Source: a virus. Taken from it: a stretch of 64,000 nt of DNA. Shown one piece after another: positions 28,947 to 38,904 of the stretch. The stretch's first letter is position 1, and each line of letters opens with the position of its first letter. The position numbers and the translations under genes are program-made. Below the pieces are notes generated by a model that saw only the letters and a program-made list of their open reading frames with translations, made no database searches and was not told where the DNA came from. The DNA is taken from the IMG/VR virus record IMGVR_UViG_3300022074_000005. One strand, 5' to 3'.

Positions 28947-30326
28947 CTATTCTAATTCGAAAGTTCCACCTTTTTGACTTTCGTATTCTTCGTATTCGAT
29001 TGTGCCATTCTTAGGTACTTCTTCACCTGAAGAGTCCTTGACAAGTTTAAACATTGTTTCGTGTTTCTTTGTACCGATATCAAATTGATGTCTTAATTGT
29101 ACAATTAAATATTTGCCATCGTAAATATCACTTTCATTAAGATTACTAAAGACACCTTTTACATTTACACACTTACCAGCACCTATTGTAACATTACCGT
29201 TTGCTGATGCTGTTGCGCCAATCATTGTTAACAATTCCTTATTCTTTGATTGTTTCTCAAGAAAACTAGATTTACCAATTTCACTAGGGGTGAAACTGTA
29301 AGATTCTGTATTTGAGTTGTAATTAGACTTATCTTGACCATCATGCTCTGAAACAGCATGTAAAAATGTTTTTGCGTTGGGAAAATCACCAACTGTTTTA
29401 CCGTCTCGTTGTATCGGTGCATTACTGTATATAGGATTCTCATCTATTCTCGCATGTTTTAAAAAGTCCTCAAAGTAATTTACTATCTTTTCATTAAAAG
29501 ATTTATTGAATATATTGATCTCATCTAACTTACTTGATAACACACCTGTTGCTGTGTTCATTAACATATCCATACTTTGATTAATTTCAAATGTCATAAG
29601 TTTTTTAAAGTCTTCTTCTACGTTAAATGTCTTAGTTGTTCCACCAAGAGTGGCATCATCATCACCATGATTAAAATCTGCAACAGTTTTTTGTTCTAAC
29701 ATGTTTTGTAAAGTTCTACAATGATAACCTTCATTGTTTTCAAAAAAGAAATAATGTGGTGAATTGTTTTTTGATGATACTGACTCTAATAACATTTGTT
29801 TTATTGCTTCAAAAGGTCTTACGTTTGGAAAGACAACTCTTTTTAAACCTGTAGAGTGTTCTATGTAGAATGGTTTTTTAGATGCAAGTAATTTTTCGTC
29901 TCTGAATATATTCTCAATTATTTTAGTTGGGGTTTCATCATATGCTTTAGATATTTTTAATCTAATATTTTTTAATACTTCATTTGATACAAAATGCAAT
30001 TGTACAAACTCAGCTTTTACACCTGCTTTAAATTTGGCTTCTACTTTGTTGATAACAAAAGTTTGATCTATGTAAATATTTGAATTATCACTTAACGTTG
30101 GTGTAGATATTTTTAAAACAAGGTAGTCTTGGCCTCTGACATGTCCTTTTGAAAATATATTATTAGTATCTACAAAACCAATTGTGCCAGTCATACCTGA
30201 ACGGTATATGTCTTCGAAAATATTGATTTCTACAGCTAATGCTTTTATATCTACCTTACCACCTGATGTTGTAATTAGATCGCATTTATCTAAGGTAAAT
30301 TCACCTGCGTATTGTATACCTGCCAT
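28947..30326 (-). CDS. Tail / baseplate hub protein (gp27-like)
   Basis: INIFEDI, YFFFEN and GKYLI..LRH.F motifs; adjacent to gp53. Confidence 0.65.
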   Translation of the reverse strand: MAGIQYAGEFTLDKCDLITTSGGKVDIKALAVEINIFEDIYRSGMTGTIGFVDTNNIFSKGHVRGQDYLVLKISTPTLSDNSNIYIDQTFVINKVEAKFKAGVKAEFVQLHFVSNEVLKNIRLKISKAYDETPTKIIENIFRDEKLLASKKPFYIEHSTGLKRVVFPNVRPFEAIKQMLLESVSSKNNSPHYFFFENNEGYHCRTLQNMLEQKTVADFNHGDDDATLGGTTKTFNVEEDFKKLMTFEINQSMDMLMNTATGVLSSKLDEINIFNKSFNEKIVNYFEDFLKHARIDENPIYSNAPIQRDGKTVGDFPNAKTFLHAVSEHDGQDKSNYNSNTESYSFTPSEIGKSSFLEKQSKNKELLTMIGATASANGNVTIGAGKCVNVKGVFSNLNESDIYDGKYLIVQLRHQFDIGTKKHETMFKLVKDSSGEEVPKNGTIEYEEYESQKGGTFELE

Positions 30327-30854
30327 TTAGAACACACTTTCTTGTACCAAGTCCTTAAACTCATCAACAAAGTCACTTACAAACCTAGGGTCTAGTAACT
30401 TTATATTTCTCAATTCATTTTGTCTAGCAACTTCATACTCATAATTTGTTATTGGTGTTGCCGATGGATAATCATCATTTGTTATACCAACATCAATTTT
30501 TAATAATCTATCACCAGATGTTTCTGTTATTTCATAATGATGAATACCACTTATGTTAGTATATTTGTCTGCAACATATTTGTTAAATGCACCAGTAGTC
30601 ATTGGCCATTGATGATATCTATCTGTTATGTCATTAAATAATAAAACAACCCAATGTAAGTTTACATTGTCATATAATCTATCAGCAATCATTTCTGGTG
30701 TTTCGCCTTCTCTTACAAAATAAGTATCAAACAAAGATGAGTTACTTCTAATATCACTACGAACCTTAACTCGTCTTAATAGATTTTTTAATTCTTTAGG
30801 ATTACCATCTCCAAGAGAGTCGTATTGTATAAATGGAAAATTATCAAAATACAT
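30327..30854 (-). CDS. gp53: Baseplate wedge subunit gp53
   Basis: MYF..FP, GETPE.IA..LY, HWVVLL.N, IHHYE and TNYEYE motifs. Confidence 0.9.
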   Translation of the reverse strand: MYFDNFPFIQYDSLGDGNPKELKNLLRRVKVRSDIRSNSSLFDTYFVREGETPEMIADRLYDNVNLHWVVLLFNDITDRYHQWPMTTGAFNKYVADKYTNISGIHHYEITETSGDRLLKIDVGITNDDYPSATPITNYEYEVARQNELRNIKLLDPRFVSDFVDEFKDLVQESVF

Positions 30855-30855
30855 C

Positions 30856-32052
30856 TTAGTAACCTTCTCTTATTCTTTCTCTTGTAATTAATTCTATCTC
30901 TGCAAAGTCTAAAGTTATTTGTGTCTCAACTGGTGGAGCACCTTCCTCGTTTGGTGTAAATGTTCTATATCTATCACCACCATAACTCATTGTCATGTTT
31001 TCTAGATAACAAGTACTAATTTTTTGTAAGTACTCATTCTCTCTACCATTGTACATGTAAGCAATATCAAAAGTATTTGGTACTCTGAATTGTCTACCTG
31101 TACCTCCTACCATTTCTGGCACCATGTTAACTCTAAATGCGTATATGATTTTTCTTATCTCGTCTGCTTCTTCTTGAGATTTAGGTATCATTTTAAAACT
31201 AAATTGAAACTTTCTTTTTGCAAGACCTTTAAATGCTAATTCTAACCTGTCTGCTATAACCACACCTTGCGATGCCTCATATGCTTCTCTTGTTCCAGCA
31301 AAACCTGGTAATGCACCAATTGTTCCTAGTGCTGCTGTTTGCATAGTCTCTGATAACGCACCACCTAAATTATCTAATGCGTTTTTAGTAACAGTACCAA
31401 TATCTGTACCTGCCCTTACTTGGTCAAAAGCTTGCATACCTAATCTCGCACCAGCACCAATAGGTGTGTCTGCATAATCTGCTCTCGTAAAGTAGTTTGC
31501 ACTAGGTGGCATGTATAAAGCAATCGCTGTATCTAATCTAACTGTTGGTGCTCTGTCAATGTATGCGTTGTATCCACCTTTGTAGTTTGTTGGCTGTTTT
31601 GTTTCATATCTAAAACCTGAGTCTGATTGATGACTTAAATTTAATTGTTCGTTAATGCCACTTGTATTATTTGTTTTAGTTCTTACGTTACTATTTGGGT
31701 TTAATCTTGTAATATATTTTGGTATGTTTGCATTTTTCTTAGCTCTCTCAGCATCGGTCATTGCGTTACCACTTCCACCACCAAACTTTAGTTCTGCACC
31801 TGCTTGTTCATTGATATAGAACATAACATAATGTCCTTGATTACCGACTCCTGGTCCACCTTCTACGTCTAATGGGAATGAAAAGTTTTTTGTTTTTCTT
31901 TTGCCAAATACTTCTGGTGGGGCAACACCTGGTCTTTGTTCATTTTTAGAACCAAAAACACCCTTTAAAGCACCACGTACTTTCTTTAATACAACACCAG
32001 ACGCCGTTGAAACAACTGCACCCCCTATTGTAGATTTACTGAAAAAAGCCAT
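30856..32052 (-). CDS. gp48: Baseplate tail tube cap gp48
   Basis: IALYMP, R.FQFSFKMIPKS..EA..I..I and L.F.EIEL.TR motifs. Confidence 0.85.
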   Translation of the reverse strand: MAFFSKSTIGGAVVSTASGVVLKKVRGALKGVFGSKNEQRPGVAPPEVFGKRKTKNFSFPLDVEGGPGVGNQGHYVMFYINEQAGAELKFGGGSGNAMTDAERAKKNANIPKYITRLNPNSNVRTKTNNTSGINEQLNLSHQSDSGFRYETKQPTNYKGGYNAYIDRAPTVRLDTAIALYMPPSANYFTRADYADTPIGAGARLGMQAFDQVRAGTDIGTVTKNALDNLGGALSETMQTAALGTIGALPGFAGTREAYEASQGVVIADRLELAFKGLAKRKFQFSFKMIPKSQEEADEIRKIIYAFRVNMVPEMVGGTGRQFRVPNTFDIAYMYNGRENEYLQKISTCYLENMTMSYGGDRYRTFTPNEEGAPPVETQITLDFAEIELITRERIREGY

Positions 32053-32059
32053 ATAAATA
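32052..32059 (+). promoter_or_regulatory. T4-type late promoter for gp4
   Basis: TATAAATA on the + strand. Confidence 0.7.
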
Positions 32060-32073
32060 TCCTTTGATAGTAA

Positions 32074-32081
32074 TATTTATA
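32074..32081 (-). promoter_or_regulatory. T4-type late promoter for gp48
   Basis: TATAAATA on the - strand. Confidence 0.7.
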
Positions 32082-32099
32082 TAGAAATGAGAAAATATA

Positions 32100-32546
32100 A
32101 TGGCATATAGTGGTCGATTTAAACCATCCAATCCTATAAAATACAAAGGTAACCCCATGAAGATTATATATCGTTCTACATGGGAACTTAAACTTATGAA
32201 GTACTGCGACAATACAAAAGCGATTATTGAGTGGGGTAGTGAAGAAATATCAATACCATACTACTCACCAATTGATGGCAAAATGCATAGGTACTTCCCT
32301 GACTTTTACATGAAAGTTAGACAAAAAGATAGAACAATAAAAAAATTTATAATAGAAGTTAAACCAAAGAAAGATTTAAAGGCACCAAGTGCAAATCCTA
32401 AACGTAGAACTAGACAGTGGTTTGTGTCATGTAAGACTTTTATCATAAACAAAGCAAAGTTTAGATATGCTGAGGAATACTGCACTAATAATGGTCTAGA
32501 ATTCAAGATACTTACGGAAGACCATCTACAACCCAAGTATAAATAA
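32100..32546 (+). CDS. gp4: Head completion nuclease gp4
   Basis: YSGRFKP.NP.KYKG, YRSTWE, W.SEE and HRYFPDF...IEVKP motifs. Confidence 0.95.
   Translation: MAYSGRFKPSNPIKYKGNPMKIIYRSTWELKLMKYCDNTKAIIEWGSEEISIPYYSPIDGKMHRYFPDFYMKVRQKDRTIKKFIIEVKPKKDLKAPSANPKRRTRQWFVSCKTFIINKAKFRYAEEYCTNNGLEFKILTEDHLQPKYK
32538..32545 (+). promoter_or_regulatory. T4-type late promoter for gp2
   Basis: TATAAATA overlapping the gp4 stop codon. Confidence 0.65.
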
Positions 32547-32551
32547 TACAT

Positions 32552-33109
32552 ATGGCACAAAGTAAATACATTCAAGCCGTAAAAGCTGCGGCAGGTGGAA
32601 AACCTAGGTCTACTGCATGGTTTCGTAATAAGATAAAAGAGTTTGGAACACCAACTCAATCACAACTTATTAGAGACGGTAAAGTAACAGCAAGACCTAA
32701 CTTTGGTAGATTAAATCTATTTGTATATGACCCAAAGATGAAAAAGGAACTACCATATTATGATACTTTTCCTTTGATACTTCCTATTGAAAAATATAGT
32801 GATGGGTTTTTAGGAATAAATTTACACTATTTGCCAATGAATTTAAGAGTAAGATTATTAGATAGATTAGTTGATTTTACTAATAATAATAAGTTTGATA
32901 ATACAACAAGGATTGTTGCTGATTATAATAAATTAAAAAGAGTGAGATTAATAAAACCAGCAATAAAGAGATATTTAAATGCAAAAGTTAAATCTAGATT
33001 TAGAAGAATTGACGCTGATGAGTTTACTATCGCAACTTTATTACCAGTTGCTAGATTTAAGAAAGCAAGTATTCAACAAGTACATAGAGATTCGAGGGGA
33101 ATGATCTAA
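32552..33109 (+). CDS. gp2: DNA end protector gp2
   Basis: F.YDPK.K..LPYYD.FPL, GINLHYL and IKRYL motifs. Confidence 0.95.
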   Translation: MAQSKYIQAVKAAAGGKPRSTAWFRNKIKEFGTPTQSQLIRDGKVTARPNFGRLNLFVYDPKMKKELPYYDTFPLILPIEKYSDGFLGINLHYLPMNLRVRLLDRLVDFTNNNKFDNTTRIVADYNKLKRVRLIKPAIKRYLNAKVKSRFRRIDADEFTIATLLPVARFKKASIQQVHRDSRGMI

Positions 33110-33825
33110 TGGCAAGAAGTTCTTTACTAGACGGCTTCGCATACGGAGTCTTAAATGAAATTATAGCAACATTTAGAGAGCAAGATGGTGGATACTCTAG
33201 ACCAGCACGTTACGAAGTAATTATTGGTCCACCAAAAACACAAACAACTGAAACTCTTAATTTAAAAGCATATACAGATTTTTTAAAAGAGAATAAAAAG
33301 ATTGTTAGAAAAACTTCTCTTGAAATGACACAAATAGCATTTCCAGCAATGACTTTAGAAAGTCAAGAAGATACAAACATCTACGGTCCACCAAGAAAAA
33401 TAGTGACTGGTCAAACATTTGCTGAAGTAGCAACTAATATTAGATGTAGTGCTGACATGGCAGAAAAACAATTCATGGATGCTTGGCAAAGAATAGCAGC
33501 TAACAGACATGATTTTTCTGTAGGATATTATGCTGACTATGTTGGTAACATACAAATATTTCAGTTAGATCAAGAAAACAAAAGAAGATTTGGAATAGAA
33601 TTAGTCGAGTGTTATCCAGCAACAGTTGGTGAGATTGCTCTAGACTATGGAGCAACAAACTCTATATCTGTATTACCTGTAACATGGGCATATAGATATT
33701 GGAAAAACTTAACAGATGAAGCAGAATTACCGAGACCATTACTTGAAAGAATTGGTGATGTGTTCGTTAATACAGTAGAAAGACAATTAAGAAGTAGGAT
33801 TCCTGCTGTTTTAAGAAAATTGTAA
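33109..33825 (+). CDS. gp54: Baseplate tail tube initiator, gp54-like (gp19 fold)
   Basis: RPARYEV, F.DAWQ, YYADY, L.ECYP and V.WAYRYW motifs; position after gp2. Confidence 0.7.
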   Translation: MARSSLLDGFAYGVLNEIIATFREQDGGYSRPARYEVIIGPPKTQTTETLNLKAYTDFLKENKKIVRKTSLEMTQIAFPAMTLESQEDTNIYGPPRKIVTGQTFAEVATNIRCSADMAEKQFMDAWQRIAANRHDFSVGYYADYVGNIQIFQLDQENKRRFGIELVECYPATVGEIALDYGATNSISVLPVTWAYRYWKNLTDEAELPRPLLERIGDVFVNTVERQLRSRIPAVLRKL

Positions 33826-33852
33826 TCGTTATAACATAGGAGGTGAAAAATT

Positions 33853-34563
33853 ATGGCATTACCTAAACTAGAAAACCCAACTTATACTTTGAAGTTACCC
33901 TCAACAGGTGAAACAATAAAGTATAGACCGTTCCTTGTAAAAGAACAAAAGATACTTTTACTTGCAACTGAGGGTAAAGAACAAAATCTAAAAGATGTTG
34001 TCAACGCAATAAAAGGATTGATTAAAGGTTGTACTTTTGATTCTATCAATGTTGATGAGGCACCTCTATTTGATATAGAGTATATCTTTTTAAAACTACG
34101 TGCAAAATCAGTAGGGGAAACTGCAAAAGTAAGTGTTTTATGCCCCGATGATAATGAGACTAGAGAACTTGTAGAAGTTAATCTTGATGAGATAGAACCA
34201 ATCGTTGATGAAGGTCACACTAATATGATAAATATTACTGATACTATTAAGATTGAAATGGGCTATCCTACATTATCTGATTTTGAAAAAGGTTTCTCAA
34301 CAGATGATACAGATGCAGCTCTTGAATTAGTTAAGACATGTATTGGTACAATATCTGAAGGTGAGAAATTATATAACAAAGTTGATTATACTGAAAAAGA
34401 ATTAGACGACTTCGTTGGTTCTTTTAATACTGAACAACTTGGTAAGATTATGAGTTTCTTTGCAACTATGCCGACATTAAAAACAGTTGTAAAAGTGACT
34501 AATCCTAAGACCAAGGTTGATAGTGAAGTTGTGGTACAAGGCTTACAAAGTTTTTTAGCATAG
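33853..34563 (+). CDS. gp26: Baseplate hub assembly protein gp26
   Basis: MALPKL..P.Y.L.LPSTG..IKYRPFLVKEQK.LL, FDIEYIFL.LRAKSVGE, FF.TMP and GLQSF motifs. Confidence 0.9.
   Translation: MALPKLENPTYTLKLPSTGETIKYRPFLVKEQKILLLATEGKEQNLKDVVNAIKGLIKGCTFDSINVDEAPLFDIEYIFLKLRAKSVGETAKVSVLCPDDNETRELVEVNLDEIEPIVDEGHTNMINITDTIKIEMGYPTLSDFEKGFSTDDTDAALELVKTCIGTISEGEKLYNKVDYTEKELDDFVGSFNTEQLGKIMSFFATMPTLKTVVKVTNPKTKVDSEVVVQGLQSFLA
34551..34557 (+). other. Candidate -1 ribosomal frameshift slippery site T TTT TTA
   Basis: In-frame X XXY YYZ heptamer just before the gp26 stop; the -1 frame is open into gp51. Confidence 0.6.
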
Positions 34564-34613
34564 GCCTTTCTCACGACTCTATAACGAACTACTTTAAAAC
34601 CAACTTTGGTTTG

Positions 34614-34757
34614 ATGCAACATCATAAGTATTCGTTAACAGAGTTAGAAAACATGATGCCGTGGGAAAGGGAAGTTTACTTGACAATGTTATTAGAATAT
34701 ATAAAAGAAGAGAATAGAAAACAAAGAGAAGAACAAGCGAGAAATAAAAATGGATAA
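34614..34757 (+). CDS. gp51: gp51-like baseplate hub assembly catalyst (MQHHKYSLTELENMMPWEREVY...), not in the ORF track
   Basis: Translated by hand; hallmark HKYSL.ELENM.PWER.Y; frame open upstream to 34527. Confidence 0.85.
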   Translation: MQHHKYSLTELENMMPWEREVYLTMLLEYIKEENRKQREEQARNKNG

Positions 34758-35067
34758 AGTAAAAGTAAAAGAGACCAGTAAAGAGTATGAAGTAAGTAAA
34801 GAAGACTTAATACCTGCCTCACCAGAGGAAGAGAAAACATGGTATAATCAAACTGCTGGTGTATTAGATAGATTTAGATTAATCCCTAGACTTATTATGT
34901 TAGCATACATATATGCCTTCTACAAATCAATCACTTGGTTTATGACATTACCAGAACCTACAAACTCACAAGCGATGTTTATATCAACTATCGTTGGTGC
35001 AGGTGCAGCTTTCTTTGGGTTATATGTTGGAAAACCTGGTGCATCACTTCCTAAAGGTAAAAAATAA
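34750..35067 (+). CDS. Two-TM membrane protein, holin-like
   Basis: RLIPR, WFM.L..PT..Q and GA...FFGLY motifs; basic C-terminus. Confidence 0.5.
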   Translation: MDKVKVKETSKEYEVSKEDLIPASPEEEKTWYNQTAGVLDRFRLIPRLIMLAYIYAFYKSITWFMTLPEPTNSQAMFISTIVGAGAAFFGLYVGKPGASLPKGKK

Positions 35068-36932
35068 TGGTCGTAGCAACTGGCGCAGCTGGAACAGATT
35101 TAAAAGACACATTAGGGTCTTTGACTAAATCTATTCAAAAACAGAATACTATGGCTGAAGAACAAAAGAAAAAGTCAGCTGCACAATCAAGAAAAAAACT
35201 AGAAGTTTCTGACACAAAAGCAAAAGAGGCACTTGATAAACTAAAAAATCAAATTGCTAACTCATCTGGTGAACAAAAAACACAATTAGAAGAACAATTA
35301 AAAGCTGCAAAAGAAGCTGCATCAATGGCTTCTATGGATTTAAAATCTAATACAGATGCAAGAAGTCTAGAACTAAAACAACAAAGAGAACAAACTATTA
35401 TTGCTCGTCAAGCACAAGGTATCAGTCTAGAACAATTACAAGAAGATAGAAAAATTAAAGAAGATATAACGGCACAAAAAGCTGCACTTGCTAAGTTAAG
35501 TGAAAACTCTGACTTATCTACTGAACAGTTGAAAAAGACAAATGCATATCAACAAACTCAAGACAGAATAGATAGAGCAGAAAAAAGATTAGAGAATAGA
35601 CAGAATAGACGAATTCAAATGAATAACTTAAAACAAACTCTGTCATTAGGTAAGATGGTAAAGGGATTTAAAAATTTACCAAATGCATTTGTTGGTGGAA
35701 TAAAAAAACTAGGCGTAGGTGCAAAAGATAAAATCATGAGTGGTTTAATGCCAGCACTTAAAACTGCAGCCTTTATAGGATTTCTTGTTGCATTTAAAAA
35801 ATTTCTTGATAGTCCTTTTTATGAAAGTACAAAAGAATTTATAGTAAATAAAGTGGTGCCTTTCATAGCAGGTACATTTAACGTAATAAAAGATATATTT
35901 AAATTCTTATTCTTCAAGGATGGTGTTAATGGTATAGGATTAAGACCTGCAATAGCAGCTATCACAACTTTCTTTACTGAAACAGTTCCACAAAAATTTG
36001 AGGATGCCAAAAAAGCAATCACTAATTTTTTTGTTGGTGAGGATGGTGAAAGTGGTTTGATTGGTGGAATAAAAGGATTCTTTAATGATGTAAAAGGTTT
36101 CTTTACTAAAACTATACCAGAGAAGATAGAACAAGTCAAGACAAAAATTACAGACTTCTTTACTGGTGAGGAAGGTATTATAACAAAAATTATAGAGTTT
36201 TTTAAATTTGACTTCGAATCACTAAAAGCAACAATTAAAGATAACTTTAATGTAGAGAGTTTTTTTGATATAGTGTTTATGCCTTACGATGCTGCCATAA
36301 AAGCATTGATGGGTTTCTTTGGTTTCAACAAGGAAGATATAGAAGCGTTTTCACTAAAAGACTTGATAACTGATACTGTAAAAAGTGTAGGAAAATTCTT
36401 TAAAGACATATTTAGTTTTGATAGTGAATCTATGATAGGTGATCTAAAAGGTAAGATAGCAGATATGGGTCTCATATTAAAAGCGATGACTAAAGGCTCC
36501 ATCGCAGCTGCAAAAGCAATCGGACCTGGTGGTGAAAGCCCAGCAGAAGCCTATAAAAGAGTTTACAATGAGACTATGGCAACTGGCGAAAGTCAGTTAG
36601 ATACTGCTGGCACAGGTGATGCTCAGATCGCAGAACAAATCGCAGCTGAAGCTAAAGAGGGCGGAATAGTAAAAACAGTAACTACATCCTCAGGTTCAGC
36701 ATTCATACAAGGTCCAGGTGCTAAAGAAATGATAGCTGCCATGGAACGTGTTAATGGTACTTCTCAACAATTAAATGGTGAAATGGCAGCTAACGCTTCA
36801 GGTTCTACTCAAACGCAACCAGCTGTGATACAAGTTGTTGATGCTAAATCAAATAATAATTCACAAACTAATAATACAGTTGTAAGTAAAACAGTAACAG
36901 ATAACGACCCTATTCTTGAGGCTGCTTTTTAA
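35067..36932 (+). CDS. Tape measure protein, gp29-like
   Basis: 621 aa; N-terminal coiled coil, periodic FF amphipathic repeats, N/T-rich C-terminus; downstream of gp26/gp51. Confidence 0.65.
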   Translation: MVVATGAAGTDLKDTLGSLTKSIQKQNTMAEEQKKKSAAQSRKKLEVSDTKAKEALDKLKNQIANSSGEQKTQLEEQLKAAKEAASMASMDLKSNTDARSLELKQQREQTIIARQAQGISLEQLQEDRKIKEDITAQKAALAKLSENSDLSTEQLKKTNAYQQTQDRIDRAEKRLENRQNRRIQMNNLKQTLSLGKMVKGFKNLPNAFVGGIKKLGVGAKDKIMSGLMPALKTAAFIGFLVAFKKFLDSPFYESTKEFIVNKVVPFIAGTFNVIKDIFKFLFFKDGVNGIGLRPAIAAITTFFTETVPQKFEDAKKAITNFFVGEDGESGLIGGIKGFFNDVKGFFTKTIPEKIEQVKTKITDFFTGEEGIITKIIEFFKFDFESLKATIKDNFNVESFFDIVFMPYDAAIKALMGFFGFNKEDIEAFSLKDLITDTVKSVGKFFKDIFSFDSESMIGDLKGKIADMGLILKAMTKGSIAAAKAIGPGGESPAEAYKRVYNETMATGESQLDTAGTGDAQIAEQIAAEAKEGGIVKTVTTSSGSAFIQGPGAKEMIAAMERVNGTSQQLNGEMAANASGSTQTQPAVIQVVDAKSNNNSQTNNTVVSKTVTDNDPILEAAF

Positions 36933-37521
36933 TATCAACTATAGCAGAGTTTTGTAGATTTCTTTCTACATCCCAAAAAGTATTTCTAAGATTACCTGCA
37001 ACCATTATTCTTTCGCCATCTACAGGTTTAACTTCATGAGTTATATGACCAGGAAAAACTATTAGATCGCCAGGTTTAGGATTGTATTCACAATTAGCTG
37101 TAGGAAAAACTATTGGTGCATACTCTGGTACTTTTATATAATAACCAAATGCATATTGATATAACCAATGTCTATGTGGTTTAGCATTTGTTTTTTCTTT
37201 ATAGTGTACACCCCACATTTCATGACACTCAAATTTTGTTTTAGATAATTCTTTACTAATCTCTTCAGCAAGTTTACAGGCTCTCTCTGCAATCCAAGCA
37301 TATGATACACTTTCTTTATGCATGTACCAGTTTGTCATTTTTGGATTTAGTTTATTTCGTATTGTATTTGATTTTTCTATTGTAGTCAAACCTAAATCTA
37401 CGTGTAAAGGTACCTCTTCTACTCCATTAATAGTAGGTCTTGTTATCTTTGCAAACATGGCATCTTCGTAAAAATTACGAACACCAAAGGGATATTTTTC
37501 TGTTGCCTCAATATACTTCAT
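36910..37521 (-). CDS. 2OG-Fe(II) oxygenase-like protein (HxH type)
   Basis: HRH...GDLIVFPGHITHEV...ERIMVAGN; paralog of 19124..19750. Confidence 0.7.
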   Translation of the reverse strand: MKYIEATEKYPFGVRNFYEDAMFAKITRPTINGVEEVPLHVDLGLTTIEKSNTIRNKLNPKMTNWYMHKESVSYAWIAERACKLAEEISKELSKTKFECHEMWGVHYKEKTNAKPHRHWLYQYAFGYYIKVPEYAPIVFPTANCEYNPKPGDLIVFPGHITHEVKPVDGERIMVAGNLRNTFWDVERNLQNSAIVDIKKQPQE

Positions 37522-37542
37522 TTGCTATTTTAATTATCCTAT

Positions 37543-37566
37543 AAAAAAAGGGGGCCGAAGCCCCCT
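37543..37566 (-). terminator. Rho-independent terminator with a cUUCGg tetraloop
   Basis: AGGGGGC-TTCG-GCCCCCT followed by a T run on the - strand. Confidence 0.9.
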
Positions 37567-37592
37567 CTTGAGTTCAACATCTACAAGTTGAA

Positions 37593-37925
37593 TTATGCGC
37601 TGTAAGCTACTTGCTTACCGAACACTTTGTTGATACCTGCAGCGATAATCGCTTTAGAAGGTGTACCAACTCTGTAAGAAACACCTTTTGCTGATCTATT
37701 TTCATAAATCATCATACCTTCGTTTCTTAATTTTCCAACCATTGCAGCTGGAGATTTAAGATCGAACTTGTTTCTTAAAGATTTCCACGTTACATCAGCA
37801 CCTGTATTAAATAGGTTTCTGATTTTTGTAGTTTTGCTTAGTGCTTGTCTACCCATGATATAGTCTCCTTTAGACGTTTTTTGGTTCTCTACTGAGAACA
37901 GTTTGTTTAGAAAGTTTATCATCAT
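37593..37925 (-). CDS. Small basic putative HTH/DNA-binding protein (start may be the internal MGRQAL)
   Basis: Basic; LR.EG..IY.N and YRVGTPSKAIIAAG motifs; GGAG RBS before the internal Met. Confidence 0.55.
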   Translation of the reverse strand: MMINFLNKLFSVENQKTSKGDYIMGRQALSKTTKIRNLFNTGADVTWKSLRNKFDLKSPAAMVGKLRNEGMMIYENRSAKGVSYRVGTPSKAIIAAGINKVFGKQVAYSA

Positions 37926-37951
37926 TTCGCCTTTCTCTGTTATTTGTATTA

Positions 37952-37980
37952 AATATACACGGTATAGATGATATTGTCAA
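37952..37980 (-). promoter_or_regulatory. sigma70-type promoter
   Basis: TTGACA-17 bp-TATATT. Confidence 0.65.
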
Positions 37981-38003
37981 GGGTTAATTTTTCCTTGATT
38001 TTC

Positions 38004-38867
38004 CTACTGATTTGCCAGTTTTTCAAAGTAATTCATCGTATCATCGTCTTGACTCTTAGTAATAGGAGCCTCTTTCGATTCTACAGGTGTCTCACTTTGT
38101 ATATCCTCTGCGACATTACCGACCACAGTTTTACCACTTAAAACAATGTCAAGTCTAGTTTTCAACTCGTCATATGATTTAAAGTTATCTGCAGCTGTAA
38201 ACTCTTTTAGAGCATATGCTTTTTGACATACAGCCTCTACTTTTGCCTCGTCTTCAAATAGTTTAGAAGATGATTCAAAATCTGAAGTATCGTAATTCCA
38301 AAAACCAGCGACCTTTCTAATCTTTAATTTAAAGTTAGCGCCACTAAATGGGTCAAATGGATTTACGGGTTGTTCATCTTGAAACTCTGGTTGCATTGCA
38401 GCCAAAAGTTTATCATATATTTTCTTACCATATCTGAATAAGAATACCTTACCTTCATTGTGAGGATTTTTAGGGTCTGTCACTACATAAACGTTAGAGT
38501 AGTATTGTAACTTTCTCTTTTGTTTTCTAGCGATCTCTTTATCAGATTCAGCACCTGTGTTCCACAAAGCAGTATTATACTCTGATACTGGGTCTTTCTG
38601 ATTAACAGTAGTTAATGAATTTTCAATATACCACTGACCAGTTGGACCTTGAAAGGCATGTGAATATACTTTTGCCCAAGGTAGTTCTTCACCATGAACT
38701 GCTGGTAAGAATCTTAGGACAGCATAACCATTGCCAGATTTATCTAACTCTGGTTTCCACAATCTCTCGTCTGTATATGATTTTTTTTCTTGAGGTTTAT
38801 TCTCTTCTTGAACTGCACCTAGCAATTTATCTAGAGAATTATTTTTACGTATGTTTTCTAATGACAT
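38004..38867 (-). CDS. gp32: Single-stranded DNA-binding protein gp32
   Basis: DERLWKP..DKSGNGYAVLRFLP, WYIENSLTT, YGKKIYDK, GANFKLKIRKV and acidic tail YFEKLA. Confidence 0.97.
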   Translation of the reverse strand: MSLENIRKNNSLDKLLGAVQEENKPQEKKSYTDERLWKPELDKSGNGYAVLRFLPAVHGEELPWAKVYSHAFQGPTGQWYIENSLTTVNQKDPVSEYNTALWNTGAESDKEIARKQKRKLQYYSNVYVVTDPKNPHNEGKVFLFRYGKKIYDKLLAAMQPEFQDEQPVNPFDPFSGANFKLKIRKVAGFWNYDTSDFESSSKLFEDEAKVEAVCQKAYALKEFTAADNFKSYDELKTRLDIVLSGKTVVGNVAEDIQSETPVESKEAPITKSQDDDTMNYFEKLANQ

Positions 38868-38904
38868 TTTATTGTCTCCTTATGTGAACGTATGTTATCG
38901 TATG

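Noticed and set aside
34561-34584. Amber readthrough or recoded TAG at the end of gp26
   Set aside because: The zero frame hits TAA six codons later; gp51 is in the -1 frame; other genes are intact under the standard code
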